Positions 10,310 through 20,456 of a DNA stretch of 64,000 nt are shown piece after piece. This DNA is from Thermodesulfovibrionia bacterium (GTDB taxonomy: Bacteria; Nitrospirota; Thermodesulfovibrionia; UBA6902). Below the pieces are notes generated by a model, which saw nothing but the letters and a program-made list of their open reading frames with translations, made no database searches and was not told the origin of the DNA. The stretch is taken from assembly GCA_947259645.1 (NCBI GenBank), contig CAMYND010000012.1:20793-84792 (forward strand), in the 5' to 3' direction. Within the stretch, counting starts at the first letter, position 1. The number at the start of each line of letters is the position of its first letter. The translations under genes were made by a program, and so were the position numbers.

Positions 10310-10319
10310 GAGGTGAATA

Positions 10320-10619
10320 TTGAAAAACATGTTACGGTATCCCATATATTTGACACTATTATTGTGCATGATCGCTCTACTGATCATTCCCTTTGACGGA
10401 ATGGCGGAGGGGCCGGATGAAGACAGGAGCAGTGAGAATGCTCTTTTTCAGCAGAAGTGCAGTTTATGCCACAGTATTGAGCGGCCCACATCAAAAAGAA
10501 AATCAGAAAATGGCTGGAGAGAAACGGTCATGAGAATGAAGAACGTCAATGGATGTCCACTATCTGAGGAGGAGGCAGAGCGCATTATAAGATACCTCAG
10601 TGATACACGTGGTAAATAG
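10320..10619 (+). CDS. Exported monoheme c-type cytochrome
   Basis: Signal peptide, single CSLCH motif, distal Met candidate in WRETVMRM. Confidence 0.8.
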   Translation: MKNMLRYPIYLTLLLCMIALLIIPFDGMAEGPDEDRSSENALFQQKCSLCHSIERPTSKRKSENGWRETVMRMKNVNGCPLSEEEAERIIRYLSDTRGK

Positions 10620-10680
10620 AATCATCAGGAAATGACAGCTGGTCTTTCAATAAAGCTAAACAGGCAATAAGGAGTGAGCA

Positions 10681-11157
10681 ATGAAGAAAACAGCCAAACA
10701 ACCAGGGGCTGGAGCAAAAGAAAGAAAATTTATCCCGAAGGTTTCTTCAAAAAATGTACAGGCTAAACAGGACACCCGGATAACTAAGAGTAAGAATGTA
10801 TCTCAAGGGACAGATGATAAAATCTCTCCTTCAGGACAAAACAGGGCTGTTGCAGACGGACTTAAAAAACAGTACTTGAAATCAATGAAGTGCAGGGTGA
10901 CGTTTAAGCTTCCGAAAGAAGCAGCGCCTGGCGCGGACAGGGTCACGCTTGTTGGTGATTTCAATAACTGGAACCTTACGGAAGCAGAAATGAAAAAACT
11001 GAAAAGCGGAGATTTCAAACTGACCCTTGCTCTCCCCTGTGACAGAGAGTATCGATTCAAATACCTTATAGATTCGACAAAGTGGGAAAATGACTGGTGC
11101 GCCGATAAATACATTCCCAGTCCCTTTGGTGGAGAGGATTCTGTTGTTGTAGTTTGA
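10681..11157 (+). CDS. CBM48/glycogen-binding (isoamylase early-set) domain protein with basic N-terminal tail
   Basis: VTF.LP, VTLVGDFNNW, YRFKYLID..W.ND and DSVVVV motifs. Confidence 0.85.
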   Translation: MKKTAKQPGAGAKERKFIPKVSSKNVQAKQDTRITKSKNVSQGTDDKISPSGQNRAVADGLKKQYLKSMKCRVTFKLPKEAAPGADRVTLVGDFNNWNLTEAEMKKLKSGDFKLTLALPCDREYRFKYLIDSTKWENDWCADKYIPSPFGGEDSVVVV

Positions 11158-11273
11158 ATAAAAGCAGGCTAATTATCTTTTGCTGAATTTGATAAAAACG
11201 TAATTCACCATGATGAGAACAGCGGACAGGATAGTGGACAGAGTTGCAATCAGGAGAGCGCGTTAAAGAAAAG

Positions 11274-13253
11274 ATGAACAGACTTGCCAACGAAAAGTCA
11301 GCCTACCTTCAACATTCATCGAAACAAAAAATTGACTGGTATCCCTGGTCGGAAGAGGCCTTTGAACGCTCCAGGAATGAGGACAAACCCCTGTTTTTGA
11401 GCTCGGGTGCGGTCTGGTGCCACTGGTGTCATGTTATGGCAAAGGAGTGCTTCTTCGATGACGAGATAGCACGGCTGTTAAATGAGAACTTCATAAGCAT
11501 TAAACTTGACAGGGATGAACGACCGTCCATAGACCGGAGATATCAGATGGCAGTTTCAGCCATGGGGTCCGGTGGAGGATGGCCCTTATCTGTTTTTTTA
11601 ACCTCTGACAAGAAACCATTTTACGGAGGCACCTACTTTCCCCCTGAGGACAAAATGGGACGGCCCGGGCTCAAGAAGGTCTTAAGGGCTGTCAACGACC
11701 TTTACCGGAACAAGAGAGAGGAAGTAGCTGAGTATTCTGATAAAGTGATCACCACCATAAAAGTTCAGGCTGAAGGTCATGGAGATATTGAAGAGAAACA
11801 GCTCGATTCAGCTGTAACAACAATGTTATCAGAATATGATTCAGAGAACGGAGGTTTTGGAACTGCCCCCAAATTTCCGATGCCAGGTGCCCTGGAGTTC
11901 TTGTTAAACAGGTATTCTCTTACACAGGACAGTTCCATCGGTCATTGTGTAGAAAAAACACTGAAGGCGATGGCAGCCGGCGGTATGTATGACCACGTCG
12001 GAGGAGGTTTTCACCGGTACTCAACTGACGAGTCCTGGATTATTCCACATTTTGAAAAAATGGCAGAGGACAATGCCTGGCTTTTGCGTAATTACCTCAA
12101 TGCTTCATTAATATTCAATGACAGACAGTTTAAGGATACTGCCCTGGGAATTCTCAGTTTTACCATCAATGTACTGTCTGACCCTGAAGGGGGATTTTAC
12201 ATGAGTCAGGATGCTGATGTAACGCCTGACGATGAAGGAGGATATTTCACATGGACAGACCAGGATTTTAAACGAGTACTGAATGAAGAGGAATATGCTG
12301 TCCTGTCTCAACATCTTCTCAGTGACAACGGTTGCATGCATCATGACAAAAGCAAGAAAGTCCTGTTTATTGTGAAAAACAGGCCCCAGCTATCAGAAAT
12401 CACCGGAAGCAGTGAGGATGACCTGTCGAAGATAATTGAATCGGGAAGAGCGAAACTGCTCATGGAGCGCAACAAAAGGGAAACACCCTATATAGACAAG
12501 ACGTTATATACATCAATTAACGGCATGTACATTTCAGCCTTTTTTCTCGCTTACCGGTATCTTGACGATCCCGGGTTGAGAGATTTTGCGGTAAAAAGCC
12601 TGGATAAGATAATGAAGTTAAACTATATTAATAAGGAACTTTATCATACAGAGAATGTTAAGGCCTTGCTGGATGATTATGTTTACCTGGCAGATGCCCT
12701 TGTGTCGGCATATGAGGCAACAGGTTCGGATTCTTATGTTGCTCAGGCTGAGGAGCTTATACAGCTGTGCATGAACAGATTCCTGGACAAAGATAACGGG
12801 GGTTTTTATGACAGCGATGATCATATGCTCGGTGTGAAAATAAAAGGGATACAGGATATCCCCCATCCGTCATCCAATGCACTTGTTGTAATGCTGCTGC
12901 TCAGGTTGCACAGCATAACAGGAAACAGTATCTATCATGACCATGCAAAAAAAACACTGCAGGCCTTTTCATTGATTGCAGAGGACCTGGGTATTCACGC
13001 GGGATACTATTACAGTGCCCTTGATGCATACAGCAATACAATAAAGCTTGAAGTCTGCGCGTCTCCGGACAGTGATTTGACGAGTACTGCAAGGTCTGCA
13101 TTTGCGCCATATCTGAATATTCGCTATGGGGAAGACAATGGCTACGTTACTGCCTGTTATAAAGAAACGTGCGGAGCTCCATTTCACGATGGAAAAAGCC
13201 TGGGACAGTACCTGAGGAGCGGAAAATACCTTGATTCACCAGTCAAGCATTAA
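11274..13253 (+). CDS. Thioredoxin-domain DUF255/YyaL (SPATA20-like) protein
   Basis: NRLANEKSAYLQH, WCHWCHVMA, DRDERP, GGWPL, HFEKM; ATG at 11274 preferred over the upstream TTG. Confidence 0.9.
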   Translation: MNRLANEKSAYLQHSSKQKIDWYPWSEEAFERSRNEDKPLFLSSGAVWCHWCHVMAKECFFDDEIARLLNENFISIKLDRDERPSIDRRYQMAVSAMGSGGGWPLSVFLTSDKKPFYGGTYFPPEDKMGRPGLKKVLRAVNDLYRNKREEVAEYSDKVITTIKVQAEGHGDIEEKQLDSAVTTMLSEYDSENGGFGTAPKFPMPGALEFLLNRYSLTQDSSIGHCVEKTLKAMAAGGMYDHVGGGFHRYSTDESWIIPHFEKMAEDNAWLLRNYLNASLIFNDRQFKDTALGILSFTINVLSDPEGGFYMSQDADVTPDDEGGYFTWTDQDFKRVLNEEEYAVLSQHLLSDNGCMHHDKSKKVLFIVKNRPQLSEITGSSEDDLSKIIESGRAKLLMERNKRETPYIDKTLYTSINGMYISAFFLAYRYLDDPGLRDFAVKSLDKIMKLNYINKELYHTENVKALLDDYVYLADALVSAYEATGSDSYVAQAEELIQLCMNRFLDKDNGGFYDSDDHMLGVKIKGIQDIPHPSSNALVVMLLLRLHSITGNSIYHDHAKKTLQAFSLIAEDLGIHAGYYYSALDAYSNTIKLEVCASPDSDLTSTARSAFAPYLNIRYGEDNGYVTACYKETCGAPFHDGKSLGQYLRSGKYLDSPVKH

Positions 13254-13277
13254 CACCAATTTGATACAGGAGGAGTA

Positions 13278-13742
13278 ATGAGCAACTATTCTATTCGTGA
13301 AATCATAGAGCAGGCGATTCAGACAGAGAAGATGGGCTACACGTTTTATACGTCAATGGCTGATAGATTCAAGGATAATATTAAGGTCAAAGAGTTATTT
13401 GATCTGCTTGCCGGTGAGGAACTGAAGCATGAAAAAACCTTTACTGAACTTGAAGGCAGACTTGCTGATGAGCAGCTTGAAAACTGGGACGAAGCTTCTC
13501 AGTATATGAAAGCGATTGTCGAGTCCGAGTTTTTTCTCGGAAGCAAAAAAACCTTGCCTGCAACGGCAGATTTTAAAGATGCCCGTGAGGTAGTTCAGTA
13601 TGCGATGAGCTTTGAAAAAGATACGTTGTTATACTTTCAGGGCTTGAAGGAATCAGTAAAGGACAGTGACTTTATCAAAGAAATTATCAATGAAGAGAAG
13701 AGTCACATCTTAAAGCTCCATGAATTAAAGAACAGCCTTTGA
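13278..13742 (+). CDS. Ferritin-like/rubrerythrin-type di-iron protein
   Basis: TEK...EELKH and FEK...EEKSH ligands; SD AGGAGG. Confidence 0.88.
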   Translation: MSNYSIREIIEQAIQTEKMGYTFYTSMADRFKDNIKVKELFDLLAGEELKHEKTFTELEGRLADEQLENWDEASQYMKAIVESEFFLGSKKTLPATADFKDAREVVQYAMSFEKDTLLYFQGLKESVKDSDFIKEIINEEKSHILKLHELKNSL

Positions 13743-13790
13743 GATGATTTTGACTTCTTGATGTACCTCGTGCGGGAAGGACTTAATTAT

Positions 13791-15524
13791 ATGGACTATA
13801 CGATCAAAGTCGGCGGTGAAGCAGGGCAGGGTATTCAGACTATTGGCGGGACGCTCGCGAGACTCTTCGCGCGGGCCGGTTATCATGTATTTACGCATCA
13901 GGACTATGAGTCACGTGTAAGAGGGGGGCACAATTTTTATCAGGTCAGGTTTTCTGATAAACCTGTTATTGCCTCACGGATCAAAATCGATATTCTGGTT
14001 GCTTTGGACAGGGAAAGCATTGACCGCTATGAAGGTGACCTTTCTGATGAGGGACGCATAGTATATGACTCATCTTCTTTGAAGCAGAAATTCGACAAAC
14101 CTGCCTTTCTGGACATACCGTTCAGCACACTGGCGGTTGAGCAGGGCGGCAGCAAAATTATGTCTAATATTGTCGCGGTAGGGGCTGTCCTCGGTATGCT
14201 CGGGATGGACCTTGATCTGTTGAACAGTATTATTCAGGATGCCTTTAAAAAGAAAAAGGATGATATTGTCACGGGAAATATTAAAGCCGCGAAGGCCGGG
14301 CATGATTATGCTGAAACTGCCTGTGAATCCTGTTCTTATTCTGTGTCCGGCCACAGGGGCAATGATCAGCCAAAAATGCTGATCGCGGGAAATGAGGCTA
14401 TAGGGTTTGGGGCGGTAGCTTCTGGGCTGAAATTTTATTCTGCCTATCCGATGACACCATCTACCGGAATCATGAACTATATCGCAGGCAAGGAAGAAGA
14501 ATTTGGGATCATTGTTGAGCAGGCCGAGGATGAGATCGCTGCTGTAAATATGGCCCTGGGCGCCTCTTTTGCCGGGGTGAGGGCGATGACCGGTACGTCA
14601 GGCGGTGGATTTGCGCTCATGACTGAAGGCTTGTCTCTGGCTGGTATAACAGAGACCCCCGTTGTTATTGCCCTTGCTCAAAGGCCCGGGCCGGCAACGG
14701 GACTGCCTACCCGGACAGAACAGGGGGACCTTCAGTTTGCACTTCATGCCGGACATGGTGAATTTCCCCGCGTTATATTTGCTCCGGGAACACCGGAAGA
14801 GGCCTTTTATCTGACCAACAAGGCCTTTGAACTAACGGAGAAATATCAGGTTCCGGTCATTATCATGACAGACCAGTATCTGGCAGATTCCCAATGGACC
14901 TATGATAAATTTGATTTAACCAAAGTAGCGTACACTGATTACCGTCTTAGTGGTGAGAAACTCAGGAACATGACTGAATATAAACGATATGCCTATACGG
15001 AAACAGGCATTACCCCTCTGGCAATTCCCGGAGAATCTGAGCACCTGGTAGTCGCTGACAGTGATGAACACGATGAGGAAGGACATATCATAGAGGATGG
15101 AGAAACCAGGGTATCCATGATGAAGAAAAGATTATTTAATAAGTTACCCCATATCAGGCGGGAGATAGCCCCTCCGCTTTACTATGGCAGTGAAGACGCA
15201 GATATTGTTTTAACAGGCTGGGGATCGACCTATGGCGTACTAAAAGAGACCGTTGATCTTCTCTCAGGGAGCCAGAGTATCGCCATGCTTCATTTCAGTG
15301 AACTATACCCCATGCCCCTGACTGATAAGATGGACTATGTAAGCATTTTGAAGAAAGCCGGACGTACGGTTTGTATAGAAAATAACGCTACCGGACAGTT
15401 TGCCAGACTTCTTCGCGCAGAGACCGGCGTTGAGTTTAGCTCAGGAATAAATAAATATGACGGCAGACCCTTTACCGTAGATGAACTGACAGGAGAATTG
15501 AATGCCCTCTTTACAGGACTATAA
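13791..15524 (+). CDS. korA: 2-oxoacid:ferredoxin oxidoreductase alpha subunit (gamma-alpha fusion)
   Basis: GGEAGQG, YESRVRGGHN, AYPMTP, QAEDE, RPGPATGLPT; substrate not determinable from sequence. Confidence 0.9.
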   Translation: MDYTIKVGGEAGQGIQTIGGTLARLFARAGYHVFTHQDYESRVRGGHNFYQVRFSDKPVIASRIKIDILVALDRESIDRYEGDLSDEGRIVYDSSSLKQKFDKPAFLDIPFSTLAVEQGGSKIMSNIVAVGAVLGMLGMDLDLLNSIIQDAFKKKKDDIVTGNIKAAKAGHDYAETACESCSYSVSGHRGNDQPKMLIAGNEAIGFGAVASGLKFYSAYPMTPSTGIMNYIAGKEEEFGIIVEQAEDEIAAVNMALGASFAGVRAMTGTSGGGFALMTEGLSLAGITETPVVIALAQRPGPATGLPTRTEQGDLQFALHAGHGEFPRVIFAPGTPEEAFYLTNKAFELTEKYQVPVIIMTDQYLADSQWTYDKFDLTKVAYTDYRLSGEKLRNMTEYKRYAYTETGITPLAIPGESEHLVVADSDEHDEEGHIIEDGETRVSMMKKRLFNKLPHIRREIAPPLYYGSEDADIVLTGWGSTYGVLKETVDLLSGSQSIAMLHFSELYPMPLTDKMDYVSILKKAGRTVCIENNATGQFARLLRAETGVEFSSGINKYDGRPFTVDELTGELNALFTGL

Positions 15525-16353
15525 AGGACAGGATCCGGCGTGGTGCCCGGGATGCGGTAATTTTGGAATACTGAATACATTCAGGGATGCAATGGTTGAA
15601 CTGGATATGAATCCCCATCAGTTTACGGTTGTCTCCGGTATTGGACAGGCTGCCAAATTTCCCCATTATATAAAATGCAACACCTTCAATGGCCTTCACG
15701 GGAGGGCACTTCCGGTAGCCACCGGTATTCGACTGGCAAACCATGAACAACCGGTCATGGTATTCACCGGTGATGGAGACTGTTACGGTGAGGGAGGTAA
15801 TCATTTCATCCACACCATGAGAAGGAACATTAATGTGAAGCTTTTTGTCCATGATAATCAGATCTACGGCCTAACAAAGGGCCAGGCATCACCAACCAGC
15901 ATGGAAGGCATGAAAACCAAAAACCAGCCCTTTGGTGTTTTCTCGGAGCAGATGAGTCCGATGGCTCTTGCAGTGGCAATGGACTGCAGTTTTGTCGCAC
16001 GGACATTCGCTGCTGACAGTGAGCATCTCAAGGCAATGATCAAGGCTGCTCTCAACCATAATGGTTTTACCCTGGTAGACATATTGCAACCCTGTGTCAC
16101 CTTTAATAAAATAAACACATTTCAATGGTACAAAGAGAGAGTTTATCATATCGAACCTGACTATGATCCTGAAAACAGGGTTCAGGCTTTTCAACGGGCA
16201 CTGGAGTGGGGTGACCGGATACCGCTCGGAATCCTCTACAAAAACAACCGGCCAGCACTTGAGGATAGAATACCGATAATATCAAATAAGAGTCTGTTAA
16301 AACAGCAGCTTAACCCCTTGAAGCTCGAAGAAACTTTAAGGGAATTTTACTAA
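15502..16353 (+). CDS. korB: 2-oxoacid:ferredoxin oxidoreductase beta subunit
   Basis: WCPGCG, TPP-binding GDGD...N, YGLTKGQASPT, QPCVTFN; overlaps the alpha gene. Confidence 0.92.
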   Translation: MPSLQDYKGQDPAWCPGCGNFGILNTFRDAMVELDMNPHQFTVVSGIGQAAKFPHYIKCNTFNGLHGRALPVATGIRLANHEQPVMVFTGDGDCYGEGGNHFIHTMRRNINVKLFVHDNQIYGLTKGQASPTSMEGMKTKNQPFGVFSEQMSPMALAVAMDCSFVARTFAADSEHLKAMIKAALNHNGFTLVDILQPCVTFNKINTFQWYKERVYHIEPDYDPENRVQAFQRALEWGDRIPLGILYKNNRPALEDRIPIISNKSLLKQQLNPLKLEETLREFY

Positions 16354-16374
16354 TCCCCAAAAGGAGGTAGTTAA

Positions 16375-16704
16375 ATGGCAACAAAAAAGAAGGCAGCTGG
16401 AAAGAAGAAAACAGTCGCCAAGAAGAAAACAGCCGCGAAAAGGAAAACAGCTGCGAAGAGGAAAACAGCACCAAAAAAGAAGGCCTATGTCTGTTCTACC
16501 TGCGGAGCAGGCACATCATCAAAGGGGCATCTCTGCACACCGGTAGTTGCTGACGAGGCATATTCCTGTGATTACTGCGGGAAGGTGGTTGGAGATCCCA
16601 GACATGTATGCAAGCCAAAGGCCGCAAAGATCTCTTATGTCTGCGGCGGATGCGGAAGAACAGCAGCAAAGTCAACAGAAGTATGTATGCCTAAAAAGAT
16701 ATAA
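16375..16704 (+). CDS. Small protein: Lys/Ala-rich histone-H1-like tail plus three CxxCG...C repeats
   Basis: SD AGGAGGT; (K/R)KTAAK repeats followed by YVCSTCG..HLCTP, YSCDYCG..HVCKP, YVCGGCG..EVCMP. Confidence 0.8.
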   Translation: MATKKKAAGKKKTVAKKKTAAKRKTAAKRKTAPKKKAYVCSTCGAGTSSKGHLCTPVVADEAYSCDYCGKVVGDPRHVCKPKAAKISYVCGGCGRTAAKSTEVCMPKKI

Positions 16705-16721
16705 GGGACTGTAAGCTTCTC

Positions 16722-16763
16722 TGCACTGCCGCTTGACCTCTTTTCAGGAAAAGCGGCAGTGCA
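16722..16763 (+). terminator. 13-bp stem hairpin after the kor operon
   Basis: TGCACTGCCGCTT...AAGCGGCAGTGCA perfect inverted repeat; no clear U-tract. Confidence 0.55.
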
Positions 16764-16946
16764 TATACCTCCGCGATATCACTGTCGTATCCGGGTACAC
16801 GGGATATTCAGGTATGTTCAACGCAACCATTAATTGATGCTACTCAATCTGTTCCTGATCCTGGTGGGTATAATTATTTGCCCGGCATGATAAATTAAGA
16901 TATACTAGGGCATAAAATTAGACTTGAAAAGGAATGAGTCAGTAGA

Positions 16947-17135
16947 ATGAATGAAATCATTAACAGTATTACGAATTACGCCCAGTCAAATACTGGAGCT
17001 GCTGTGGCAGCTGGATTTCTTATGCTTGTTCTTCTGATCCGGCGAACCAAACTGTTTTTTATTCTGCTTGCCATAGCGATTGCCGGGGTAGGGATAATGA
17101 AAATCTTTGATAAAATTTCTGCTACGGGGTTATGA
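16947..17135 (+). CDS. Small two-TM membrane protein
   Basis: 62 aa with two hydrophobic helices separated by RRTK. Confidence 0.55.
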   Translation: MNEIINSITNYAQSNTGAAVAAGFLMLVLLIRRTKLFFILLAIAIAGVGIMKIFDKISATGL

Positions 17136-17181
17136 AGCAATATATGATATTCACATTAATGTGCGCTGACAGGAGCGAAGG

Positions 17182-18057
17182 ATGATACAAAAGATAACCG
17201 ATATATTTGAGAAAAAAAAGAGAACCTTTTCATTTGAGTTTTTTCCGCCCAAGACCCGGAAGGGAATAGAGAACCTGTACAGGACAGCTGAAGAACTGAA
17301 CAAGCTGGGACCGGATTTTGTGTCAGTAACCTACGGAGCAGGTGGATCATCACGGGGAACGACCATGGAAATCTGTGTTGAGCTGCAAAAGCGATTTGAT
17401 ATTTCTGTTATACATCATCTCACCTGTGTGGGACACAGCCAGGATGATCTGAAAGGCATTCTCGACACGCTGAAAACCAATGAAATAAAAAATGTCCTGG
17501 CATTAAGAGGTGACCCGCCAAAAGGAGTTGAAGACTGGCAGCCGTCGCCTGATGGTTTTGAATACTGCTATCAGTTAAATGATCTCATACTCAGCAGGTA
17601 TGAAGACTTTTTCAGTATCGGTGTTGCCGGTTTTCCTGAAGGGCATATAAACTGCCCGGATAAAGATACAGACACAAAGTATCTGAAAATAAAGATGGAC
17701 CATGGCGGTGAATTTATTGTTACGCAGCTTTTCTTTGATAATACTATTTACTCGGAATACCTTGACAGGCTGAGCAGGGCAGGGGTAACAGCCCGTGTTC
17801 TGCCGGGGATCCTCCCGATCACAAGCTACGACGGTCTGATTAAATTCTGCAATATGTGCGGTGCAACGGTTCCGGATGAAGTACATAAGATATTTAAGCC
17901 CCTGAGCGGTGATGATGAGGCAACATACAAGGCAGGTGTTGACTTTGCTGTAAGGCAGTGTAAGGACCTTCTTGAGCGGGGTGCTCCGGGCATACATTTC
18001 TTTTCGCTGAACAAGGTAGAACCAGCAACAGAAATATGGAACAAACTGGGGCTTTAG
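17182..18057 (+). CDS. metF: 5,10-methylenetetrahydrofolate reductase
   Basis: SFEFFPPKT, SVTYGAGGS, HLTC, LALRGDPP, TQLFFD. Confidence 0.95.
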   Translation: MIQKITDIFEKKKRTFSFEFFPPKTRKGIENLYRTAEELNKLGPDFVSVTYGAGGSSRGTTMEICVELQKRFDISVIHHLTCVGHSQDDLKGILDTLKTNEIKNVLALRGDPPKGVEDWQPSPDGFEYCYQLNDLILSRYEDFFSIGVAGFPEGHINCPDKDTDTKYLKIKMDHGGEFIVTQLFFDNTIYSEYLDRLSRAGVTARVLPGILPITSYDGLIKFCNMCGATVPDEVHKIFKPLSGDDEATYKAGVDFAVRQCKDLLERGAPGIHFFSLNKVEPATEIWNKLGL

Positions 18058-18334
18058 GCAAAGGGTCTGCGGGATTGGCCCTGTCCTGTTATCAATGTTT
18101 TGCAATGACCTCTTCAAGGCTCATGAAACATATCTATTCTTCATCACTAAAAGGTGACCTTGTCAACTGTGTTCAATCATCTGTGTTCAATTATCTGAAA
18201 TGAGCATAATTTTATCAAAATAGGGATAATCCCTTGCCTCATCTGATCAAAAGGGATAAAATAACGTCTGGTAAAAATGAACCCTGCTCTTCATGACCTG
18301 TTCTCATGTCATGATTCACGACGACGTATAATTA

Positions 18335-19579
18335 TTGCAAACAACCGCACGAATAATGAATAAAAGGATACGGTTAAGAAAACTGCTGCAGCTGAAGGCA
18401 GGCCTGATCATTTGTGTCATTGCGGTCACGCTTTATCTCTTTAATGGATGCAGCCTGCTGTTGAGGCCGCCCGCTGTCCCGAACTTAAAAAAGTTATCAC
18501 CCCGTGAGGTGTCTGCCAATAACTGGGCAGATGACCTTGCATATTCCGGATTGAGATCAGCTGCCGAACAATCTATCCGATACTACAGGAGACTCCCTGA
18601 AACACACCGCTTCGAATATGGTGAACTTTTCTATAGTCCATCCGAGATGATGTCGTCACTCAACCTTTTTCTCGATATCATTAATAATTATGACGGTACT
18701 GATAGAGAAAGACAGATCCAGGACAAGTTCATCTTCTTTGAAAGCAGGAATTCCCAGGGCACAGCTTTTTTTACCGGTTACTATGAGCCTGTTCTTCATG
18801 GGAGTCTCACCCCTACCGATGAATATCCAGAGCCGCTGTTACGTACGCCTCTGGATTTGATCAACGTTGATCTTGGGGAGTTTTCTGAGAAATGGAAAAA
18901 TGAATTTATTGTTGGTCGTGTAATCGGCAATAAGCTTGTCCCCTATGACTCAAGGGATGAGATCGTGTATCAGAAGTCCCTCAACCAGCTGGCTCAGCCT
19001 ATTGCATTTGTAAATGAAATAGAACTGTTCTTTCTCCAGATACAGGGGTCCGGAGTCGTTAAACTTGATAACGGGACAGTGATACGCGTGAATTATGCAC
19101 AGAAGAACGGTCATCCCTACAGGGCGATCGGACGCATATTAACGGACAGGATACCTCCTGAAGAAATGTCATTACAGTCTATCAAGGCTTACCTGAACAG
19201 TAATCCTGAGGAGGTAAGAGAAATTCTTAACTATAACCAGAGTTATGTTTTCTTTCGAACAGTCGAAGAAGGTCCCCTCGGCGACATAGAAGTGCCCCTT
19301 ACCCCAGGACGCTCCATCGCCATGGACAAGAGGGCGGTTCCCAGAGGGGGGCTGGCATACATTAAAACAGAACTTCCTGTGATAGAAAATGATCTGATAA
19401 CAGGCTGGAGACCCTCTCAAAGGTTTGTGCTTGTACAGGATACAGGAGGAGCAATCCGCGATCATGGAAGAGTAGACATCTTTATGGGGAACGGGGAACC
19501 TGCTGCTCTATCTGCAGGTCACCTGAAAAACAGAGGCCAGGCTTTTCTGCTTGTAGCCCGCAAAAAATACCTGCAATAG
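18335..19579 (+). CDS. mltA: Membrane-bound lytic murein transglycosylase A
   Basis: Lipoprotein-like FNGC, FTGYYEP, FFLQIQGSG, SYVFF, QDTGGAI...RVDIF (3D domain); start may be the ATG at 18356. Confidence 0.9.
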   Translation: MQTTARIMNKRIRLRKLLQLKAGLIICVIAVTLYLFNGCSLLLRPPAVPNLKKLSPREVSANNWADDLAYSGLRSAAEQSIRYYRRLPETHRFEYGELFYSPSEMMSSLNLFLDIINNYDGTDRERQIQDKFIFFESRNSQGTAFFTGYYEPVLHGSLTPTDEYPEPLLRTPLDLINVDLGEFSEKWKNEFIVGRVIGNKLVPYDSRDEIVYQKSLNQLAQPIAFVNEIELFFLQIQGSGVVKLDNGTVIRVNYAQKNGHPYRAIGRILTDRIPPEEMSLQSIKAYLNSNPEEVREILNYNQSYVFFRTVEEGPLGDIEVPLTPGRSIAMDKRAVPRGGLAYIKTELPVIENDLITGWRPSQRFVLVQDTGGAIRDHGRVDIFMGNGEPAALSAGHLKNRGQAFLLVARKKYLQ

Positions 19580-19769
19580 CTTACCCGTTGTCCTGCCACT
19601 GCCGGGACAGATAGTTTCATCGTGACATTTCTTATCACATTTAATCATGTAACGCACCTGTTTATCGTGGAAATGAATTTCGTATTAAGGTGATTTATAG
19701 AACAATTAATGCTTTTTAGTAGACAAGGGTCCTCTTTGGTGATAAATAAAATAGGCATGGAGGTGATTA

Positions 19770-20177
19770 ATGGATTCTAGAAAGCATGGTACGAAAAGAG
19801 GTAAAGACAAAACCTCTACGACAAACAGGCAAACGAAAAAGAGACCTGCAAAAGCCAAAGTAAGCAACTCAGGATGTATCGAAAAGCACTACTCTAAATC
19901 CAAATCCCTATGTAAAGTCACGTTCAGGCTTCCGAAGGAAGCTGTACAGGGAGCCCGGAATGTAACAATTGTGGGAGATTTTAATAACTGGAATGTTACA
20001 CAGACGCCAATGAAACAGATGAGCAATGGTGATTACACCCTTACCCTGGAGCTGCCCTGCAACAGGGAGTTTAACTTCAGGTACCTCGTAGATGCTGAAA
20101 AATGGGAAAAGGACTGGTTTGCTGACAGGTACATACCAGATGACAGCAGTGACGATAACTCTCTAATCTCGACATAA
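19770..20177 (+). CDS. Second CBM48/glycogen-binding domain protein with basic N-terminal tail
   Basis: CKVTFRLPKEA, VTIVGDFNNW, FRYLVD..W; paralog of 10681-11157. Confidence 0.85.
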   Translation: MDSRKHGTKRGKDKTSTTNRQTKKRPAKAKVSNSGCIEKHYSKSKSLCKVTFRLPKEAVQGARNVTIVGDFNNWNVTQTPMKQMSNGDYTLTLELPCNREFNFRYLVDAEKWEKDWFADRYIPDDSSDDNSLIST

Positions 20178-20389
20178 ACTATTCATGTATACCACGGGCT
20201 GTCAGAGAACAATGAGTATCTTCCTGACCTCTCCGGTAAGAGATCAGTTATCAGCCCCAAAAGTGCCCTGGTTCCTGCATGTCGAAATTATTTACATATT
20301 GTAAATATGTATAACACCCCAGAGAAAGCCGCTAAGATTAAATAAAATAAAATAATAATAAAATCCTTATGTTACACAATCTAAAAATC

Positions 20390-20405
20390 TGGCATATATG
20401 TTGCA
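20390..20405 (+). promoter_or_regulatory. sigma54 (-24/-12) promoter
   Basis: TGGCATATATGTTGCA has GG-N10-GC spacing; an AT-rich tract and the palindrome TATTTACA-TAT-TGTAAATA (20289-20307) lie upstream. Confidence 0.65.
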
Positions 20406-20456
20406 ATATCTGTATTGTCCACACAAATCATTCAAACAGAAGAGGAACATATACTG

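Noticed and set aside
8640-13742. Encapsulin cargo system for the ferritin-like proteins
   Set aside because: No encapsulin shell gene in the window and no LxIGSL-type targeting peptide
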